DNA of 27,738 bases from an uncultured Pseudomonadales bacterium (GCA_964464155.1 CAYXFC010000001.1:1-27738), one strand, 5' to 3'. Positions 1-8,458 are shown, numbered from the stretch's first letter. Translations and numbers: made by a program. The notes: generated by a model not told the origin, from the sequence alone.

Positions 1-1
1 T

Positions 2-787
2 ATTTTAGTCAGCTTTATTATTGTGATTGGGATTATTTCTTTAGTCTTTGCCGGCATTATTCCAACTCTGATTGAACAAACAGGTGTTTTGGCTAATTCC
101 TTGATTCAAATATTAAATCAGAATCACTTATTGGAATTTGATCAAAACGTAATAAGTTCTCAAATCCAGACAATTTCGTCTAGTTTAATCAATGTTTTAA
201 AGATTATTTTGGGGGCTGCATCTAATGTGATAACCATTTTTTCATTGTTGGTAATGACATTTTATATTCTCATAGAACGACCCAATTTGGAGAAATATTT
301 AAGGCTGCTTTTACATGATGGACACAGAGAACGTAAATATTTGGAAATTTTTGTAAGTGTTGAAAAGCGTTTGGGTGGATGGGTTAGAGGAGAGCTATTG
401 TTAATGCTAATAGTTGGAACCCTAACTTATGTGGGTCTATCAGCAATCAAAATCCCTTTTGCTTTACCACTGGCATTACTAGCTGGATTACTAGAACTAG
501 TTCCCAATTTGGGACCGACAATTGCAGCTGTTCCAGCAGCGCTGATAGGTTTGACTATTTCTATTCCAATTACCATTGGGACTATAATCGTATCAATTGC
601 TGTCCAACAGTTGGAAAATAATATTATTGTGCCACTCGTAATGCGGTCATCAGTAGGGCTCAAACCAATCGTGACATTACTATGTTTGATGGTAGGAGTA
701 ACTTTGGGTGGAGTCGGGGGAGCAATTTTGGCTGTCCCGACTTTTATTACTATCCAAACAGTATTAAGTCAGATTAGGAAAGATTAA
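2..787 (+). CDS. AI-2E family (PerM/UPF0118) transporter, 5'-truncated
   Basis: The frame is open from base 2 (ILVSFIIVIG...), so the true start lies upstream of the window. Family motifs: ELVPNLGP, VQQLENNIIVP, GLKP...GGVGGAILAVP; multiple hydrophobic helices. Confidence 0.88.
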   Translation: MLVSFIIVIGIISLVFAGIIPTLIEQTGVLANSLIQILNQNHLLEFDQNVISSQIQTISSSLINVLKIILGAASNVITIFSLLVMTFYILIERPNLEKYLRLLLHDGHRERKYLEIFVSVEKRLGGWVRGELLLMLIVGTLTYVGLSAIKIPFALPLALLAGLLELVPNLGPTIAAVPAALIGLTISIPITIGTIIVSIAVQQLENNIIVPLVMRSSVGLKPIVTLLCLMVGVTLGGVGGAILAVPTFITIQTVLSQIRKD

Positions 788-835
788 ACTATTAGCTTCA
801 TCTAATTTATAAATTCCAGGATTGATTTTAGGTTT

Positions 836-3280
836 TTAGACTACAGCTACTTTTAGTACGTCTCCAATTTGATCAGCAAATAAAATCTTCAATTCTTTTT
901 TCACTTTTTCTGGGACTTCTTCAAGATCTTTCTCGTTGTATTTAGGTATAATGACTGTTTTCAGTCCTGCTCGGTGAGCAGCGATTAATTTTTCTTTGAG
1001 ACCTCCAATTTCCAAAACTCGACCACGCAGCGTTATTTCTCCAGTCATCCCAACATCTTTATGGATTTTTTGTTTGGAAATAGCTGAATACAAGGCTGTA
1101 GTGATAGCTACTCCTGCAGATGGACCATCTTTGGGAACAGCGCCTTCAGGAACATGAATATGAAAATCATATTTAGAATAAATATTTTTTTCAATTCCTA
1201 GCTCTTTCCAATGGCTTCGGATATATGAAAGAGCTGCTTTACAGCTTTCTTGCATTACTTCACCAAGTTTTCCAGTAATGACAATTCTACCCTTACCAGG
1301 CATTAAAGCCACTTCGATAAATAGAATATCTCCCCCAACTTGTGTCCAAGCAAGTCCGGTTGAAATTCCGATATCATCTTTTGCCTCAGCAACAGCATCA
1401 GTGTATTTGCGAGGACCCAAATATTCGTGCAAGTTATCTTGAGTAATTTTAATATTAGTTATCTCTTCACTATTTATTTTTTTAGCAATTTTACGCATAA
1501 TTTTATTTAAATTGCGTTCTAACTCTCTAACTCCCGCTTCTCTGGTGTATCCTCTGATAATTTTACGATATGCCAAGGGACTAATAGCAATTTGCTTTTT
1601 GAGCAAACTGGAACCATACAATGTTTTTTCATATAAATATTTTCTGGCAATTTCAAATTTCTCGTCATCGGTATATCCCGAAAATCTAATAATTTCTAAC
1701 CTGTCTCTAAGAGATGGAGGAATAGTATCCAAAACATTTGCAGTTGTGATAAATAAAACCTTAGATAAATCAAATGGGACTTCTAGATAGTGATCTGAAA
1801 AGCCAGTATTTTGTTCTGGATCTAAAGCCTCCAATAGTGCTGAGGAAGGATCTCCACGGAAGTCACTGCCGATTTTATCTATTTCATCCAGCATAAAAAC
1901 AGGATTCATAGTTCCAGAGTCCTTAATTCCCTGAATAATTCTACCTGGCATAGCTCCAACATAAGTCCGACGATGGCCTCGAATTTCGGCCTCATCCCTA
2001 ATTCCTCCTATAGATACTTTGACAAATTTACGGCCCAAAGCTTTAGCAATTGATTTTCCAATAGAAGTTTTACCGACACCGGGAGGTCCTGAAAAACATA
2101 AAATAGTGGTATTTTTTGCCTCTTTGGCTTTGGTTGGTAATCTATCAGCTTGTTTTTTGCGCAGTGCCATCACAGATAGATATTCCAAAATACGCTCTTT
2201 AACTTCTTTTAATCCATAATGATCTTGCTCCAAAACCTTTTCTGCTTTATCAGCTGAAATATCATTTTTACTATATTTTCCCCAGGGCATTTCCATAATG
2301 GTTTCCAGATAAGTTCTAATATATCCCGACTCTGGATTATAGGAATGCATTCGGCTAAGACGATTAATTTCTTTCTGGATTTTTTCTCTAATTTCGGTTG
2401 GCATTTTAACGCCCTTGAGTTTTTTGCGGAATTCTCCAACTTCTGGATCGTCCATATCTTCTTCGCTCACATTTTCACCCAATTCTTTTTGAATAGTCTT
2501 CATACGTTCGCGAAGTACGGCTTCTCGCATTGATTTGTCAAATTTCTTTTGAGTTTTACTTGTAATATTATGTTCAATTTCTAGTACTGCGATTTCTTTG
2601 GCTAACAAATCATTAATTGTTTTAAGTCTAATGTTAACATCAGTAATTTCCAAAAGAGCTTGTTTTTGGGAAATAGTAATATCCAGAATAGAAGCAATCT
2701 GATCGGCTAGTTCTGGTTTAGGGACACCAGACATTAATTTCATAAATACCAGGAAATCAATGGGCTTTCCCATGTTAACAGCCCGTTTAAGATTGTTTGT
2801 TAACACTTTGACTATTGAGTCTGCTTCGGGACTTGCGTCATTAATTTCATCGATCATATCCAACTTAGCTATACCAAAATCCCCAATAAGATTACAAGAA
2901 ACAATAGAAGCTCGTCTAACACCATGCACTAATGCGTTAATCTCATCTCCTGTTTTTAGCAAACGCTCAATCCGGCAAACTGTTCCCATTTTATAAAGAT
3001 CTTCCATGTTGGGATTTGCAATTGCCGCATTTTTTTGAGTTGTCAAAAAAATAAACTTATTTGTTTTGAATGAATGTTCCACAGCTTTAATCGATTGTGA
3101 TCTGCCAAAGGCTAAAACAATTTCCAAGTGAGGAAACATTACTACATCCCTCAATGGGACCATGGGTAATACGGTATTCTTGTCATCAGTGATTTTTTGT
3201 TTATCAATAACATCCTTGCTACTTTGGGGATGTTTATCAGCTGGAGTGGGTTGGTTAGGTTTATTTTTAGTATCAGTCAT
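836..3280 (-). CDS. lon: ATP-dependent Lon protease (endopeptidase La)
   Basis: N-domain LPMVPLRDVVMFP, Walker A GPPGVGKTS, RGHRRTYVGAMPG, Walker B MLDEIDK, catalytic Ser in KDGPSAG and Lys in IGGLKEK. Confidence 0.98.
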   Translation of the reverse strand: MTDTKNKPNQPTPADKHPQSSKDVIDKQKITDDKNTVLPMVPLRDVVMFPHLEIVLAFGRSQSIKAVEHSFKTNKFIFLTTQKNAAIANPNMEDLYKMGTVCRIERLLKTGDEINALVHGVRRASIVSCNLIGDFGIAKLDMIDEINDASPEADSIVKVLTNNLKRAVNMGKPIDFLVFMKLMSGVPKPELADQIASILDITISQKQALLEITDVNIRLKTINDLLAKEIAVLEIEHNITSKTQKKFDKSMREAVLRERMKTIQKELGENVSEEDMDDPEVGEFRKKLKGVKMPTEIREKIQKEINRLSRMHSYNPESGYIRTYLETIMEMPWGKYSKNDISADKAEKVLEQDHYGLKEVKERILEYLSVMALRKKQADRLPTKAKEAKNTTILCFSGPPGVGKTSIGKSIAKALGRKFVKVSIGGIRDEAEIRGHRRTYVGAMPGRIIQGIKDSGTMNPVFMLDEIDKIGSDFRGDPSSALLEALDPEQNTGFSDHYLEVPFDLSKVLFITTANVLDTIPPSLRDRLEIIRFSGYTDDEKFEIARKYLYEKTLYGSSLLKKQIAISPLAYRKIIRGYTREAGVRELERNLNKIMRKIAKKINSEEITNIKITQDNLHEYLGPRKYTDAVAEAKDDIGISTGLAWTQVGGDILFIEVALMPGKGRIVITGKLGEVMQESCKAALSYIRSHWKELGIEKNIYSKYDFHIHVPEGAVPKDGPSAGVAITTALYSAISKQKIHKDVGMTGEITLRGRVLEIGGLKEKLIAAHRAGLKTVIIPKYNEKDLEEVPEKVKKELKILFADQIGDVLKVAVV

Positions 3281-3334
3281 GGTAAGAAATATTTTAATTA
3301 ATAATGATAAAAAACTTATTTTAGTTAAAAGGAT

Positions 3335-3343
3335 ATTATATCA
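3335..3343 (-). promoter_or_regulatory. Extended -10 element (TGATATAAT), candidate second lon promoter
   Basis: The minus strand reads TG-A-TATAAT at 3343..3335, 54 nt upstream of the lon ATG. No convincing -35 was found. Confidence 0.45.
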
Positions 3344-3386
3344 GTTATCCAATAATTACACTTTGTAAATTGAAAACCAGCTAGAG

Positions 3387-3413
3387 TTAGCAATATACAT
3401 GAAAGAGTGCTAA
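3387..3413. promoter_or_regulatory. CIRCE element (HrcA operator) upstream of lon
   Basis: TTAGCAATA-tacatgaaa-GAGTGCTAA compared with consensus TTAGCACTC-N9-GAGTGCTAA: one arm 9/9, the other 7/9, exact 9-nt spacer, located upstream of a heat-shock protease gene. Confidence 0.85.
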
Positions 3414-3420
3414 TTGTCAA
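3392..3420 (-). promoter_or_regulatory. sigma70-type promoter of lon overlapping CIRCE
   Basis: Minus strand: TTGACA (3420..3415), 17-nt spacer, TATATT (3397..3392). Confidence 0.8.
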
Positions 3421-3438
3421 AGGGAGAAATGGGAATAA

Positions 3439-4587
3439 TCAGCTTGTAATCTCTCTCAACAATTCTTCAGCCTGATCTTTAAAATTTGCATATTCAGGAT
3501 GTAAATAGACTCTAATCCGCCAATATAATTTTTGGATCGGTTCATGTTCAGTTTGTACATGATTACCGATGAAAGGGAGATGAATTTTCTTAAAACCCTT
3601 ATCTTTACCAGCATATATCGTTACACATTCTCTAGGAATAGAAAGACTATCACTGATAATATCTGCTATTTTTTGTCTTTCGTGCCAATTGGTACAAAAT
3701 GTTTGGATTATTTCTGATGCCTCTCCAGTTTCACTGATTTCTCCAGCTGATAAATAAAAATGCCAACTACGCATATCTTTAATCAGTTTCTGAGTTAATG
3801 GATTGCATCGGTTTTCTAAAGTATAAAGGGCCTGAGAATCAGTTAGACTAAAAAACTTTTCATCTAACTCGCCAGCTTCAAAAGCAAACTGTAAACCTCT
3901 AAATAGCATGGTTTCTGGAGTTAAATTAAGATCAGAATAAACTACGTCATAAACTAGCCTGCGGCAAAGTTCCCATTTTTGAATTTGACCTAGGAATTTA
4001 CTTTTAAGTCCTAGTTGCTGATCTTTAAGGATATAAGCATTAAGTAATAACTCTGGATCATAAAAGTTGGTTGGAATAATGCCAATAGCACTACCCCAAC
4101 GTAGTGAATTATCAATATTATCCAAGTCAATACTGCCATTAATTAAATCAGACCAAGGTTTGTAATTCCCGTTAATAAACTGAAAAACTAAATCTGGATC
4201 AGCTCCAAAGTCTTTAATAGGTTTAGCATTTTCGGGAGCTAAAATAGTATGCTGGGCAAACTCTTCATGATCCTTTCCTGCTATATCAGTCATAATTCTT
4301 TCAGTAATATGAGAAAAAGGAGGACTTCCAATATCATGGAAAAGTGCGGCTACAATCAAATTTTTAGTAAGATGTCCAAATTCGGGACGAAGGCATAATA
4401 TCTGTGCTAGATGAGCTACTCCAACTGAGTGTTCGAATCGTGATCCAATCATTCCAGAAGCAGTAGCAATAGGAGGGACTGCCGAAAGAGAAATATCACG
4501 TATTCTGGTTAAAGCAGGGGTTTGAAACAGCTTAAGCATTTTGTTATCAAATTCGAGCTGACCGTAAAGAGGATCGAGGTAGTGCAT
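3439..4587 (-). CDS. HD-domain phosphohydrolase, SAMHD1/YdhJ (dNTPase)-like
   Basis: N-terminal DPLYG, SRFEHSVGV, AALFHDIG-SPPFSH, DHE and IDLDNID motifs. TGA stop. Confidence 0.82.
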   Translation of the reverse strand: MHYLDPLYGQLEFDNKMLKLFQTPALTRIRDISLSAVPPIATASGMIGSRFEHSVGVAHLAQILCLRPEFGHLTKNLIVAALFHDIGSPPFSHITERIMTDIAGKDHEEFAQHTILAPENAKPIKDFGADPDLVFQFINGNYKPWSDLINGSIDLDNIDNSLRWGSAIGIIPTNFYDPELLLNAYILKDQQLGLKSKFLGQIQKWELCRRLVYDVVYSDLNLTPETMLFRGLQFAFEAGELDEKFFSLTDSQALYTLENRCNPLTQKLIKDMRSWHFYLSAGEISETGEASEIIQTFCTNWHERQKIADIISDSLSIPRECVTIYAGKDKGFKKIHLPFIGNHVQTEHEPIQKLYWRIRVYLHPEYANFKDQAEELLREITS

Positions 4588-4645
4588 AAAAAGAATAATG
4601 TATCAAGTAGATTGTGTGTATTATAACCTATGAAGCAATTTTTAT

Positions 4646-5083
4646 CTATTTTTCTAAAATCACAGTTACTGGTCCGTCATTAACCAAATTCACTTGCATA
4701 TAAGTGCCAAATTCACCAGTAGCAACTTTTAGATTACTTTCTTTACATTTTTTTACAAAATAATTATAAAGCTTCTCAGCCTCTTTGGGATTGGCAGCAT
4801 TTACAAAACTAGGGCGATTACCTTTTTGGCAATCGCCGTAAAGTGTAAATTGAGAAACAATGAGGATTTCTCCCTTTATATCCTGGATAGATAAATTCAT
4901 TTTGTCGTTTGTATCAGGGAAAATGCGTAGTTGTAATAATTTAGCCGTTAATTTATCAACCGTTTCTTGAATATCTGTATGAGTAAAACCGACAAAAACA
5001 AGTAATCCATGGTTAATTATGCCTACTGTTTGATTTTTAACTAATACATATGCTGAATTAACACGTTGGATGAGGAGTTTCAT
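4646..5083 (-). CDS. dtd: D-aminoacyl-tRNA deacylase
   Basis: MKLLIQRV start (ATG at 5083, immediately after the tpi stop at 5085, rather than 5158); SQFTLYGD, GNRPSF and NDGPVT (Gly-Pro) motifs. Confidence 0.95.
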   Translation of the reverse strand: MKLLIQRVNSAYVLVKNQTVGIINHGLLVFVGFTHTDIQETVDKLTAKLLQLRIFPDTNDKMNLSIQDIKGEILIVSQFTLYGDCQKGNRPSFVNAANPKEAEKLYNYFVKKCKESNLKVATGEFGTYMQVNLVNDGPVTVILEK

Positions 5084-5084
5084 A

Positions 5085-5744
5085 TTAAATAGTAAAACCT
5101 TTACAGAGATCTTCCAAAACAGTCTTAGGATCGGAAGCCAAATCAAAACCAGAGGCAATCAAAACTCCATTTGCCCCCATTTCCATCGAAACTTTCACAT
5201 CATTACCATCTTTTACTCCCGCTCCAACCAGGCATTTAGTAGGTAAATGTAAATTAACAAATTCCTGAACTTTTTGTTTACCTTCATCATTGGTAACTAT
5301 GGATACATTTCCTCCAATTAAAATAGGATCTTCCAAAGCTATTATATCTGGTTGACTATCGATAAGCCGTTGAGCTTCGGCGGCATTTTCCACACAAAGC
5401 AAAGTTTGTAAGCCATTTTGTTTAGCTATCTGCATGGTTTTGCGGATATTTTCATCGCCAATTCGGTGTTCACTGTGATTAATCATCACTCCAGTAGCTC
5501 CAGCTTGTTTGGCGGCAAAACTGGATATAAAGCCAGTATTTTTGCCAGGCTCAATCGGATCAATATGTTGAGCAAAAACTGGAATAGTAACAAATTTTGC
5601 TACTTCAGTAATATCAGTTGCTTGGACACAAAGGACAATAGAAACATGATATTGCTCAAAAACTTGCTGACAAATTTGAGCCAGTTCAATAACATGATCG
5701 TTTTGGGTAACTTCGCGATAGGTTTTTAGATTAATAACAATCAT
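5085..5744 (-). CDS. tpiA: Triosephosphate isomerase, short archaeal-type
   Basis: Likely start MIVINLKTY at 5744 (219 aa). Catalytic K7 (NLKTY), H90 (NHSEHR), E138 (ALEDP); also FAQHIDP, GAGV and VLIASG. Confidence 0.9.
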   Translation of the reverse strand: MIVINLKTYREVTQNDHVIELAQICQQVFEQYHVSIVLCVQATDITEVAKFVTIPVFAQHIDPIEPGKNTGFISSFAAKQAGATGVMINHSEHRIGDENIRKTMQIAKQNGLQTLLCVENAAEAQRLIDSQPDIIALEDPILIGGNVSIVTNDEGKQKVQEFVNLHLPTKCLVGAGVKDGNDVKVSMEMGANGVLIASGFDLASDPKTVLEDLCKGFTI

Positions 5745-5756
5745 AGGGAAAGAATT

Positions 5757-5777
5757 TAGAATATAGAATCTAGAATA
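5757..5777 (+). repeat. Heptamer tandem repeat TAGAAT(A/C) x3
   Basis: tagaata tagaatc tagaata, in the intergenic gap between the GH18 gene and tpi. Confidence 0.7.
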
Positions 5778-5824
5778 TAAAAATAATATTTTACTAAGTT
5801 CTAGCTTCAATATCTAATATTTTG

Positions 5825-7015
5825 TCAATTTTGGTTTTTACGCCACTGTTCAATTACATTCCATACTGTAGCATCGGAGCCTTCATATCCCAAAGCCCAG
5901 ATAGCTGCTCCTTGTAATTGCAATTGTGTGATCAATTGTAATTTGTAACCAATGGATTGATCATTTTCATAATATATTTGTTGGATGTTCCCATTATCAT
6001 TATAGCTAAGCCAAGGACTCATAGACTGATTATCCCATTGGATTTTGACGTCCTGATCTTTGATAAGTGACATTACACGTTTGTAAGAAGCCATTGCACC
6101 AGATCCCGGGTAAGTGGCTGAGTTATAACTATCATCAACAGTTTGCCACTCATAACCATAAAAAGGCATGGCTAAGATAATATTATTAGTTTTGATACCA
6201 TTTTTTAGCGCACTATCAAGTGCCTGAGTAATACTTTTGCCATTAGGGTTTTTAAGTGGGGCAACTGGACCAGCATTAGAGGAACTTGTTTGGTAAAAAT
6301 CATAACCCATTAATACGACCCAATCGCAAACTTGAGATAATTTCACACTATCATAATAATTGTTATTAATAAAAGCATTAGCATATAGATCTAGGCTGAT
6401 TATTACATCCTCAAGATTTTGTTTATCTAATTCTTGTCTTAATTTATCAATAAAATCGACATAATATTGAGGAGATTTCGAAATGGGATAACCTGTATGG
6501 TATTCAAAATCTATATTAACCCCATCAAGTTGATATTGCTTAACTAAGGTAATAATTGAATCTATTGTCTTTTGGCTAGTTTTAGAACTACCAATTAAAG
6601 TGTCGATTATTTCATTATTAAAGGCAGTGAAAGTAATCATTCTTCCCACATCCTGTTTATCAGCTAGTTCGAACAATTGTTTCATTTCATCACTACCTAA
6701 CTTGTACCAGCCAATCTCTAAATTACCTTCATCCATTTTTTTGATAGTTCCATCAGGGTTAAAAGTCACACTAAAATATGCTAAATAATCAATTAGATGT
6801 AATGGGATTGAGGCAGTATTTAGATTCCAATAAGGTAAAAAGCCGATGATTGGTTTTTTAGATGGTACTTTAGCAGCTAAAATTTGAGGATTATTCCCCA
6901 AAGGACTTAGAAAATTATCTTTTTTTATAAAAATATTAAATAAATAAAGAGATATAAATCCCAAAAAAATACCTAGAACTAAAGGAATTGCAAACTTTTT
7001 ATCAATTTTATACAT
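5825..7015 (-). CDS. Membrane-anchored glycoside hydrolase family 18
   Basis: N-terminal hydrophobic helix; catalytic motif LDGVNIDFEY; VLMGYDF, AMPFYGYEW, IYYENDQS and GAAIWALG motifs. Confidence 0.9.
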   Translation of the reverse strand: MYKIDKKFAIPLVLGIFLGFISLYLFNIFIKKDNFLSPLGNNPQILAAKVPSKKPIIGFLPYWNLNTASIPLHLIDYLAYFSVTFNPDGTIKKMDEGNLEIGWYKLGSDEMKQLFELADKQDVGRMITFTAFNNEIIDTLIGSSKTSQKTIDSIITLVKQYQLDGVNIDFEYHTGYPISKSPQYYVDFIDKLRQELDKQNLEDVIISLDLYANAFINNNYYDSVKLSQVCDWVVLMGYDFYQTSSSNAGPVAPLKNPNGKSITQALDSALKNGIKTNNIILAMPFYGYEWQTVDDSYNSATYPGSGAMASYKRVMSLIKDQDVKIQWDNQSMSPWLSYNDNGNIQQIYYENDQSIGYKLQLITQLQLQGAAIWALGYEGSDATVWNVIEQWRKNQN

Positions 7016-7021
7016 GCAAGT

Positions 7022-7030
7022 ATTATGACA
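7022..7030 (-). promoter_or_regulatory. Extended -10 element 6 nt before the GH18 ATG (leaderless candidate)
   Basis: Minus strand: TGT-CATAAT-acttgc-ATG; no SD. Confidence 0.5.
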
Positions 7031-7082
7031 AATTATTTTTTATCTACAAAATTAATGCTAATTATATAATAACAGAAGATTT

Positions 7083-8378
7083 TTATAATTCTGGAACTGC
7101 TGTCGCACTAGGAGTAGGAGACTCACTTGTTGTATCTGATCCTAAAGTGATTACAAAATCGTAATCGTTACTATCTGCTAACACTTCTCCTAAAACCACT
7201 TCGCCGTAAGTTTTTTCTAGAGTTTTTACAAATTGTGTGGCTGTAGTCTTACTTTCTTCTTTATAATCAACTGTTGTCTTTGTAAAGTCAAAATTCTCAG
7301 CATTTCCAGTAGTTATATCAAACTTATCTGTTTGAATAAGATTTTTAGCAGTTAGTGCATCTCCTTTTTTACCAGAACCGTTTAATATTTGGACTTTTAG
7401 CATTCCTTCAGTTGTTGGTTTAACAGTTGCTTTTGGAGTGGCTTTAGTTGTTGCTTTGGGACTGCTCTGTACTGTTGCTGAAGGACTAGCTGTTTGTAAG
7501 TTTTGAGGTGACTGCAGAGGTCTAGGAGTAATGTTTGGCTCTTGATAGGCAACAGAAGGACTTTGAGATTTATTTTTATTAAGCAGAGTTGAAACACCGA
7601 AATAGCCGCCAACCACCAATCCGCCGCCAATTAGAAAAACTCCAATTCCAAGCATAATTTTACCTAATCCACCACCAGATTTCGGATTTTGATTATCAAT
7701 GTTTGACATTTGCGGGATAGTTGCAGTTTGATCTATTTGAGGTTGTGGGTAAACAGAATTATTTGTTAAATCCTGTCCATCGTAATGAGTATCATTTTGG
7801 CTGGCGTCTAAGGCTGAAACTTTTTGAGGGATGGTATTTACGTTAATTTGGGGTAAAGAAAAGACTTGATCATTTGCCTCAGGTACTGCTGGGTTATTAA
7901 TTAAGTCTTCGGAACTTAGTTGGTTGTCTTGCATACTTTCAACTTCTTGATTTGTATTATCTGTCACATTTGGTAACTGTTCTTCTGGATTTTGCGTACT
8001 ATTATCATTTGTTTCACTTTCATCAATTAATGGAGGAAAAGAAACTACGGGAAGATCTCCGTTATCAGAATTTGCATTAGTAATAGAAGTTATTTTGGTT
8101 TGTAAAGCTGGATCAGAAGAAGCAGGAACAATTTCTGGTAACAAATTATCTAAAGGTGACTTATTTTCAGTATCTTCAACAGGCTCATTTTTTATTATAG
8201 GTTCACTATCTTCATCGCTGTCGTCAAAAACAGCTGCTGGCATAGGTAGTTCATCTTTATCAACAGGAGTAGAAGTAGTTTGATTATTGTTATTGTTTAC
8301 CACTGGATCTGGAAAAGCTGACCCTGTTACCGTAACTGGTTTAGGTAATTGAACGGACTTGGTATTATCAGAATTCAT
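7083..8378 (-). CDS. Bitopic membrane protein with acidic low-complexity N-terminus and C-terminal LytR_C domain
   Basis: About 240 aa rich in N/D/E/P/Q/S, one TM segment (IMLGIGVFLIGGGLVVGGYFGV), a S/T/P/K linker, then KVQILNGSGKKGDA...GNA...TTVDY...DFVITLG, typical of LytR_C. Confidence 0.75.
   Translation of the reverse strand: MNSDNTKSVQLPKPVTVTGSAFPDPVVNNNNNQTTSTPVDKDELPMPAAVFDDSDEDSEPIIKNEPVEDTENKSPLDNLLPEIVPASSDPALQTKITSITNANSDNGDLPVVSFPPLIDESETNDNSTQNPEEQLPNVTDNTNQEVESMQDNQLSSEDLINNPAVPEANDQVFSLPQINVNTIPQKVSALDASQNDTHYDGQDLTNNSVYPQPQIDQTATIPQMSNIDNQNPKSGGGLGKIMLGIGVFLIGGGLVVGGYFGVSTLLNKNKSQSPSVAYQEPNITPRPLQSPQNLQTASPSATVQSSPKATTKATPKATVKPTTEGMLKVQILNGSGKKGDALTAKNLIQTDKFDITTGNAENFDFTKTTVDYKEESKTTATQFVKTLEKTYGEVVLGEVLADSNDYDFVITLGSDTTSESPTPSATAVPEL
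7425..7460 (-). repeat. 12-bp imperfect coding repeat (PKAT-TKAT-PKAT)
   Basis: The protein reads SPKATTKATPKATVKPTT; on the plus strand ag/tg-t(t/g)gcttt recurs with a 12-bp period. Confidence 0.6.
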
Positions 8379-8384
8379 AATGTA

Positions 8385-8390
8385 ACTATA
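8385..8390 (-). promoter_or_regulatory. -10 element 6 nt before the LytR_C gene ATG (leaderless candidate)
   Basis: Minus strand: TATAGT-tacatt-ATG; no SD. Confidence 0.5.
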
Positions 8391-8458
8391 ACGATTTTTT
8401 AAATTTTGGTAAAGAAGTAAAATACTGAGAAGTTATTTGTAATGCGTTTTGGATTGTG

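Noticed and set aside
806-817. Perfect palindrome AATTTATAAATT between the convergent AI-2E and lon genes
   Set aside because: It is A/T only, too weak for an intrinsic terminator, and expected by chance in this composition.
3345-3353. DnaA-box-like TTATCCAAT in the lon leader
   Set aside because: A single 7/9 match; no box cluster and no dnaA/dnaN context, so not an origin.
3421-3449. AGGGAG followed by a plus-strand ATG (MGIISL*)
   Set aside because: Only 6 codons, overlapping the HD gene stop; no support.
3439-4587. HD protein as part of an anti-phage defence or CRISPR (Cas3-HD) locus
   Set aside because: There are no cas, helicase, toxin-antitoxin, restriction or mobile genes nearby and the flanks are housekeeping genes. 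An anti-phage dNTP-depletion role cannot be supported from the sequence.
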